This document shows positions 59,201-64,000 of a stretch of DNA of 64,000 bases, piece after piece (position 1 is the first letter of the stretch; every line of letters begins with the position of its first letter). Position numbers and translations under genes: made by a program. This DNA is from Myxococcales bacterium. Lineage in GTDB: Bacteria; Myxococcota_A; UBA9042; JABWCM01; BTVJ01. Under the pieces are notes generated by a model, which saw nothing but the letters and a program-made list of their open reading frames with translations, made no database searches and was not told where the DNA came from. The stretch covers positions 64,001 through 128,000 of the forward strand of contig BTVJ01000012.1 of assembly GCA_045863395.1 (NCBI GenBank), given 5' to 3'.

Positions 59201-59961
59201 ACCTCGCCGACAGACATGGGGTCGGGGACCACGTCGGACTGCCCGAGCAGTGCCTCGTCCTCGGTTGCGCTCCACACGCAGAGGCGCGTGCGGCCGGAGT
59301 GGACGACGTCCTTCTTGCCGTCACCGTCCACGTCGGCCAGCGCGAAGATGCGCCCGGGCTCGCCCTCGCAGTCCTTCCCGGTGTGGGCCAGCGGGACCCC
59401 GGAGGCGGGCCCATCCGGGAAGGCGAACACCGTCACCGTCGCGTCGGTGCCGACGTTGATGGAGTTGTCCACGATGGCGACCTCCGGTGTGCCATCCCCC
59501 TGCACGTCCGCCACCTGCACCGCCCAAAGGTCGACGGCCAGAGACGGGGGGCTCTGCCACAAGAGCGCGCCGGTGGGGGCGTCCAGGATCGCTGCGGTGC
59601 GCTTCGTGCGGACCAGCACCACCACACCGCCACCCAGATCCTCGACGCGGACGAGCTGCACGGCCTGGAGGGGCGGGGTGTCCCAGAGCAGGGCGCCGGA
59701 TGCGGTGCGCGCCAGGACGCGCCCCCCCTCGATGGAGAGGAGGTCGGCGAGCCCGTCCCCGTCCAGTTCGCTGACGACCACCTGCGACGGAGCGCCGCCG
59801 GTCGAGAAGCGCCACCGGAGGCCGGGCTTGGTGATGGGGAGCGGCTGGGGAGCCAGCGCCTCTTTGGTGGGGCCCTGCCTCCACTGGCGCCAGGAGGCCT
59901 GGGCGCTCCCCGCCACGAGGGCGCTCCCGACAACGACGAGCAACCACCGCATCACGCTCAT
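56284..59961 (-). CDS. FG-GAP/VCBS and PQQ-like beta-propeller surface protein with Ig-like (FlgD-type) domain and MYXO-CTERM
   Basis: About 10 DxDGDG repeats; FSPDGDG...WDG.D..G.....Y; C-terminal GGCSC...WLLLLALLGLRRR; RBS GAGGAGG. Confidence 0.88.
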   Translation of the reverse strand: MSVMRWLLVVVGSALVAGSAQASWRQWRQGPTKEALAPQPLPITKPGLRWRFSTGGAPSQVVVSELDGDGLADLLSIEGGRVLARTASGALLWDTPPLQAVQLVRVEDLGGGVVVLVRTKRTAAILDAPTGALLWQSPPSLAVDLWAVQVADVQGDGTPEVAIVDNSINVGTDATVTVFAFPDGPASGVPLAHTGKDCEGEPGRIFALADVDGDGKKDVVHSGRTRLCVWSATEDEALLGQSDVVPDPMSVGEVLAADVDGDGKDEIFVFTDWALVDKPSRRVYAFAWDGEGLRLSWSRSAAVPKDDRHTWPARPLVDVDGDERPEVLTSFWEGGAWSALALDALTGEPKGALPGRLLLDATDVDGDGAIELLAVPTTALKPPAYADKVLSRLTAAGGALTSTDVLQLPGSVVRLGPFPAPFSVGGDLVAARDVDGDSISDVLELRSLGAVLASATLGGPVNGIQVFASDGAASVAVLYASGEAAVLTSTPGGALALTNDADGDSHGDLTYGGFQARRVVGADDAGAPTLLVPASGGRLALLDASLGTPVAEPPTLLDIQANVTQVPFLVRLGPLGLGVGVLSRSASGAASLVVRSVGGASVSVTELGGEGGTLAFNLDPLIDDMDGDGIDEVYFLASDSGASVVTHRLIAVSALGGLRWAPVIIETPGANVGGMAALTVGPYAPAVLVTADTRRLAIGALTGELLHEGKAGVSHYYGQPVQTDLDGDGEDEVVILGTHLGSLALEPDLSFRWAATPGSATRGSGGVVSVAGGRILAQARTQDMALFFYDGSDGSELGVVALMGGVAVDPATLEPGTPTPAITDVVPVAALGDGVPGFLVAADDGVLYAIDAATREILWSHTLGGSLGTPALIDVDGDGDAEIAVPVGTGHLVIVDESLVDATAWVRENDGAGPALTDAADLDEQEAGDRIHVNWAPVTDASSFIVRVFSQNGTMLSERTVQAPATSTTSDGLLLVVGQTYTTGVSAVKVSVDTVTSSDEVSSDGVTIADLSPPSIAALVATPGVFSPDGDGFAETTTFSATAVDATRLASWELAVRHDGEVVRQWMGFVGKTSLELDVPWDGTDAQGAGLAAASYEVELRVLDTVGKEALAATQVTLCRPPFKEEMDACIGIRGPDAGAGADGGADAGGPGEDSGPGVEDGGSGDVPGVETTGGAIPGLDAIGETAEPAVDEGGCSCDQTGRPSAADAAPWLLLLALLGLRRRA

Positions 59962-60013
59962 ACCGACCTCCTCGCCAGGCACCCGCGTATGGTGTCTCAG
60001 GTCGCTGGTCGGA

Positions 60014-60421
60014 TCAAAGCGAGTTCGCCGGGGCGAGCAGACGCGCGACGCTCTCCTCGTCGGCGGGCGGGACGGGGTAGTTGGCGAGCTCAGCGAAGGG
60101 GACGAACCGGTAGGCGTGCACGCGCAACGGCACCAGTATGGGGTCCCTCAAGTGGCACCGGTAGACCCGGAGCTCGATGGAGAACTGCTCGTAGTCCCGG
60201 TCGGTGGCGCTGAAGAGCTCGCCCACCTCCACGATGGCCCCGAGCCGCTCCGCAAACTCGCGCACCAGGGCGTCCTCGTCGCGCTCTCCGGCCTCGGCGC
60301 GGCCACCGGGGAACTCCCACCGCAGCCCGAAGACGGCGTGGGGTTGGCGCTGGGTGAGCAAGGCGGCGCCATCCTTCTCGATGAGGGCCGTAACGACGCG
60401 GATGGTCGGCTTCTCGGACAC
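60014..60421 (-). CDS. MutT/NudG-like Nudix hydrolase with degenerate Nudix box
   Basis: VV.ALI, L.TQR, WEFPGG..E.GE....AL.RE..ERLG; GTG after AGGAGG. Confidence 0.85.
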   Translation of the reverse strand: MSEKPTIRVVTALIEKDGAALLTQRQPHAVFGLRWEFPGGRAEAGERDEDALVREFAERLGAIVEVGELFSATDRDYEQFSIELRVYRCHLRDPILVPLRVHAYRFVPFAELANYPVPPADEESVARLLAPANSL

Positions 60422-60522
60422 GGCGGGCCTCCTACCGTCACTGAGCCTGCTGATCTGTAACCGGGACGTCGTCCGGGCGCAAGATCGACACTGCCCGGGC
60501 GCCTGTGGTACAGGCGCCAGAC

Positions 60523-61869
60523 ATGAAGTCGATCCAGGTGGATCTCATCCGCAAGCTGCTCCACGCGAACGCTCCGCAGCGGGTCGCGCGGGCGCTGGAC
60601 CGCCTTCGGGCCGCCGACACGGCAGAGCTGTTCGCCCACCTGTCACCGGGCGAGACGCGCAAGCTGGTCGGCATCCTGCTCAAGGCGCGGCGGGCGGCGG
60701 CCATCCTGGTGGAGCTGCCGGACGAGTACTTGCGGGTGGTCCTCGAGATCCTCGACGACCAGACGGTGGCCACGCTCCTGACGCGCCTGGCGCCGGACGA
60801 CGCGGTGCTGTTCATCCACCGCCTCCCCGAGGCCCGCACCCCGGCGCTCATCGCGCTCGTGCCCGAGCGGGAGCGAGCCGAGATCGAGCGCATCCTCACC
60901 TATCCAGAGGGCAGCGCCGGCAGCGTCATGACGACCCGCTTCCTGGCCCTGCCGGCGACGGCGCGGGCATCAGAGGCCATCGCGGCGATCCGGGCGCAGG
61001 GGGAGCAGTCGGATCAGGTCACCTACGTCCACGTCGTCGACGAGGGGCAGCACCTCGTGGGGATCCTGCCCCTGCACCGCCTGATCACGGCGGAGCCGGA
61101 CACCCTGGCCTCGGAGATCATGATCAAGGACCCGGCCTGCGTGCAGGGCCTGGCCGACCAGGAGGAGGCCGCGACCTTGGTGAGCCGGTATGGGCTCCTG
61201 TCCTTGCCCGTCGTCGACGAGCAGCACCGCATGGTCGGGCTCATCACCATCGACGACATCATCGACGTGATCAACGAGGAGGCCACGGAGGACATGTACC
61301 GCATGGCGGGTCTGGACGGCGAGGACCGCGTGTTCTCCACGGCCCGCCAGTCCCTGCGCCGCCGCCTCCCGTGGAACGTGCTGAACCTGTGCACGGCGTT
61401 CATCGCAGCGTCGGTGGTCGGCCTGTTCGAGCACACCATCGGCGAGGCGGTGGTTCTCGCCACCTTCATGCCCATCGTGGCGGGCATGGGCGGCAACACC
61501 GGCGTGCAGACGCTCACCGTGGTCACGCGCGGCATCGCGCTCGGAGAGCTCCAGTTCAGCTCGGGCCTGCGGGCGGTGCTGAAGGAGCTGGGCGTCGGCC
61601 TGACCATCGGCCTCGTCATGGGCACGATCACCGCCCTCATCGCCCTGGCGTGGAAGGGCAGCGCCGTGCTCGGCCTGGTGCTGGTGCTGGCCATGGTGTG
61701 CAACATGACCATCGCGGCCCTCATGGGGGCGGCCATCCCGCTCTTCCTGAAGGCGATGAAGAAGGATCCGGCCCTCGGGGGCGGCATCATGCTCACCGCG
61801 TTCACGGACACGTTCGGCTTCTTGAGCTTCCTCGGGCTCGCGACCCTGTTCCTCAGCTATCTGCGATGA
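60523..61869 (+). CDS. mgtE: Magnesium transporter MgtE
   Basis: DDA, YPE..AG..MT, CBS pair, PVVD, IT.DDI.DVI.EEATED, R.PW, GGN.G.QT, DPA, T.FTD.FG. Confidence 0.95.
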   Translation: MKSIQVDLIRKLLHANAPQRVARALDRLRAADTAELFAHLSPGETRKLVGILLKARRAAAILVELPDEYLRVVLEILDDQTVATLLTRLAPDDAVLFIHRLPEARTPALIALVPERERAEIERILTYPEGSAGSVMTTRFLALPATARASEAIAAIRAQGEQSDQVTYVHVVDEGQHLVGILPLHRLITAEPDTLASEIMIKDPACVQGLADQEEAATLVSRYGLLSLPVVDEQHRMVGLITIDDIIDVINEEATEDMYRMAGLDGEDRVFSTARQSLRRRLPWNVLNLCTAFIAASVVGLFEHTIGEAVVLATFMPIVAGMGGNTGVQTLTVVTRGIALGELQFSSGLRAVLKELGVGLTIGLVMGTITALIALAWKGSAVLGLVLVLAMVCNMTIAALMGAAIPLFLKAMKKDPALGGGIMLTAFTDTFGFLSFLGLATLFLSYLR

Positions 61870-63292
61870 CCTGCTCGTACAGATCCGCGTAGCGTCGCGC
61901 CGAGCGGGTCCAGGAGAAGTCCTCCTCCATGGCCCGCCGGACGAGGCGCCTCCAGGCCGCGGAGTCGCGCCAGGTGGTGGCCGCGTGCTCCACCGCCGCG
62001 GTCAGGGCATGCCCCGTGTGCTCGCGGACCTTGTAGCCGGTCCCAGCCGCCGGATCCTCCCGGACGTCGCGCACCGTGTCCTCGAGGCCTCCTACTGCGC
62101 GCACGACGGGTACGGTCCCGTAGCGGAGGCTGTAGAGCTGGCTGAGGCCGCAGGGCTCGTAGCGGCTCGGCATGAGGAACAGGTCGGCGCCCGCCTCGAT
62201 GCGGTGGGCGAGGCCGTCGTCGTAGCGCAAGAAGACCGACGCCCGCCCGGGCCACGCGCTGCCGAGGTGGCGCATGGCGTCCTCGAGGTGCGGCTCACCT
62301 GTGCCGAGCACTGCGAGCTGGACGAGCCCTCGATCAAGCCACCCTGGGGCCTCCCCCGCGATGAGGTCGATGCCCTTCTGGGTGGCGAGGCGGCTGACCA
62401 CGCCGGCGATGGGCGGCCCGCTCGGATCGAGGCCCAGCTCGGCGCAGAGGGCCGCGCGGCAGGCGGCCTTGCCCGCTGGCCGGGACGCCGAGTAGCGGCG
62501 CGGGATCAGCGGGTCCCGGTCCGGGCTCCAGACCCCGTAGTCGGCGCCATTGACGATGCCGGAGAGCACCCCTGCCCGGGCGCGCAGCACGCCGTCGAGA
62601 CCAAAGCCCTGCTCGCGCCCCAGGATCTCCCGGGCGTAGGTCTCGCTGACCGTGGTGATGCGGTCCGCGGAGACGAGCCCCGCCTTGAGCAGGTTCACCA
62701 TGCCGTGGAACTCCACGCCGTCGGTGGTGAAGTGATGCTCGGGGATCCCGAGGGCGTGGAGCGAGCCCCACGGGAAGCGCCCCTGGTAGCCCAGGTTGTG
62801 GACCGTCAGCACCGACGGGATGAAGCCGCCAAACTCTTGGCGCAGGACCCAGGCAGTCAGCGCGGCCTGCCAGTCGTGGGCGTGGACGACGTCCGGGTGG
62901 AGCCGCAGGCGTCGCGCCGCGGCGAGGGCGCCCCGTGAGAGCATGGCGAACCGCAGGTCATTGTCGCCGTGATCGACCCCGCCCACCTGGTAGAGGCCCC
63001 GCCGGTCGTACAGGGCGGGCGCGTCGAGCAGGAGCACGGTCACACCGTCGCTGCGGTCGGCGCTCCAGACGCCCGCGTGGTGGGTCACGTCCCCGAGGCG
63101 GACGTCCAGGCGCTGGTCGAGGCGCCGGAACCCGTGGGCGGCCACATCGATGCTCCCGTAGCGGGGCAGGACGCAGGTCACCCGCACCCCGAGCTCCGAC
63201 AGCGCCGCCGGCAGGGCCCCGCAGACGTCCGCGAGGCCCCCCGTCTTGGCGTAGGGCTCCATCTCCGACGCCACCATGAGCACGTGCAGCAT
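61853..63292 (-). CDS. glgA: Glycogen synthase
   Basis: ASE..PYAKTGGLADV, HAHDWQ, TVHNL.YQG, SRL..QKG.DL, MPSRYEPCGLSQLYSLRYGT.PVVR.VGGL.DTV. 3' end overlaps mgtE by 17 nt. Confidence 0.96.
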   Translation of the reverse strand: MLHVLMVASEMEPYAKTGGLADVCGALPAALSELGVRVTCVLPRYGSIDVAAHGFRRLDQRLDVRLGDVTHHAGVWSADRSDGVTVLLLDAPALYDRRGLYQVGGVDHGDNDLRFAMLSRGALAAARRLRLHPDVVHAHDWQAALTAWVLRQEFGGFIPSVLTVHNLGYQGRFPWGSLHALGIPEHHFTTDGVEFHGMVNLLKAGLVSADRITTVSETYAREILGREQGFGLDGVLRARAGVLSGIVNGADYGVWSPDRDPLIPRRYSASRPAGKAACRAALCAELGLDPSGPPIAGVVSRLATQKGIDLIAGEAPGWLDRGLVQLAVLGTGEPHLEDAMRHLGSAWPGRASVFLRYDDGLAHRIEAGADLFLMPSRYEPCGLSQLYSLRYGTVPVVRAVGGLEDTVRDVREDPAAGTGYKVREHTGHALTAAVEHAATTWRDSAAWRRLVRRAMEEDFSWTRSARRYADLYEQVIADS

Positions 63293-63346
63293 GCAGCGCA
63301 CCTCCAACGCGCCCTTGTACCACAGGTTGGTCGGGGCGGCAGCCGG

Positions 63347-63376
63347 TTGACCGCCTCGCACCGCGTCCGCTAGCCT
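63347..63376 (+). promoter_or_regulatory. Promoter of the thermonuclease gene
   Basis: TTGACC-18 nt-TAGCCT. Confidence 0.5.
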
Positions 63377-63440
63377 GTGCCGGCGCCAGGTCGGGAGGCG
63401 CGGCTCCAGATGGGACTGGAGCCACTCTTGGAGGTGAACC

Positions 63441-64000
63441 ATGACCGCGCGGCTCGTCCCCCTGCTCATCGCCCTGGCCGGCGTGGCGCTCCCCGCCCTG
63501 ATCCAGGCCAAGACCCGCATCACGCTGGACGGCGTCGAGCACGAGGCCTTCTGGAGCGACGGGGACTCGTTCCGCATCACGCAGGGGCCCGAGAAGGGGC
63601 TCAAGTCCCGCATCGCCCAGTTCAACACCCTGGAGAGCTACGGACCCGTCCACCGCTGGGGCACCTGGACCCGGGAGGAGCTGGCGGGGTTGGCGAAGAA
63701 GGCCACGAACCTGGTGCGCAGCCGCGACTGGGAGTGCGAGACGGTCAAGAAGGACGGCGAGCCCATCAAGGACCACTACGGGCGGGCGCTGATCCGCTGC
63801 CCGGGCGCGGCCAAGGCCCTCATCGAGGCGGGCCTTGCGCACGTGTTCTTCGTGGACGAGGGGGACGCGGACCAGGAGCTCATCGAGGCGCAGCACGCGG
63901 CGCAGAAGGCCGGTGCGGGCATGTGGGCCAAGGGAGTCCCGGCGACGATCCTCACGAGCGTACACTCGGCGGACGAGCCCAACTCGGACAAGCCATACAA
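63441..64000 (+). CDS. Secreted thermonuclease (SNase-like), 3' truncated; absent from the supplied ORF track
   Basis: RBS GGAGGTG; hand translation MTARLVPLLIALAGVALPALIQAK...WSDGDSFR...RIAQFNTLES...DHYGRAL...LIEAGLA...AQHAAQKAGAGMW. Confidence 0.85.
   Translation, partial: MTARLVPLLIALAGVALPALIQAKTRITLDGVEHEAFWSDGDSFRITQGPEKGLKSRIAQFNTLESYGPVHRWGTWTREELAGLAKKATNLVRSRDWECETVKKDGEPIKDHYGRALIRCPGAAKALIEAGLAHVFFVDEGDADQELIEAQHAAQKAGAGMWAKGVPATILTSVHSADEPNSDKPY

Overview
High-GC (roughly 70% by eye) chromosomal window, most likely from a Myxococcota / myxobacteria-like deltaproteobacterium. The taxonomic clues are two MYXO-CTERM proteins, a bacNOP bactofilin trio, a Haliangium-type BMC-T shell gene and several Cys-rich lipoproteins. 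About 53 CDSs and one tRNA-Cys(GCA) are supported. From left to right: (1) a surface-glycan locus (AsnB-like amidotransferase, methyltransferase, GT2, O-antigen-ligase-like protein, Thr-type sulfatase-fold membrane enzyme, Cys-rich repeat lipoprotein, GT-C-like protein); (2) carotenoid oxygenase and DUF924; (3) an L,D-transpeptidase; (4) a permuted branched-chain 2-oxoacid dehydrogenase operon; (5) a lone nuoB and a satellite BMC-T gene; (6) HD hydrolase, DsrE-like gene and tRNA-Cys; (7) ctpA and a ChoD-like oxidase; (8) the core rimP-nusA-ylxR-infB-DUF503-rbfA-truB-rpsO-pnp-dut operon; (9) pssA and bacNOP with no adjacent padC; (10) a four-repeat OB-fold-like lipoprotein followed by DnaA-box-like motifs; (11) gap, a priming sugar transferase, hutU, vanZ, DUF151, miaB; (12) malQ and DUF507; (13) a MYXO-CTERM S8 protease and FG-GAP protein pair; (14) a degenerate Nudix gene, mgtE, glgA and a partial thermonuclease. 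I saw no CRISPR array, transposase, integrase or prophage. Best leads: the catalytic-domain-free OB-fold array lipoprotein, the glycan locus with a possible dedicated Cys-rich acceptor, the satellite microcompartment pore gene, a carotenoid oxygenase with a His-to-Met ligand change, padC-less bacNOP, and cis-RNA structures at rpsO and pnp. All family assignments come from motif recognition by eye; no searches were run.
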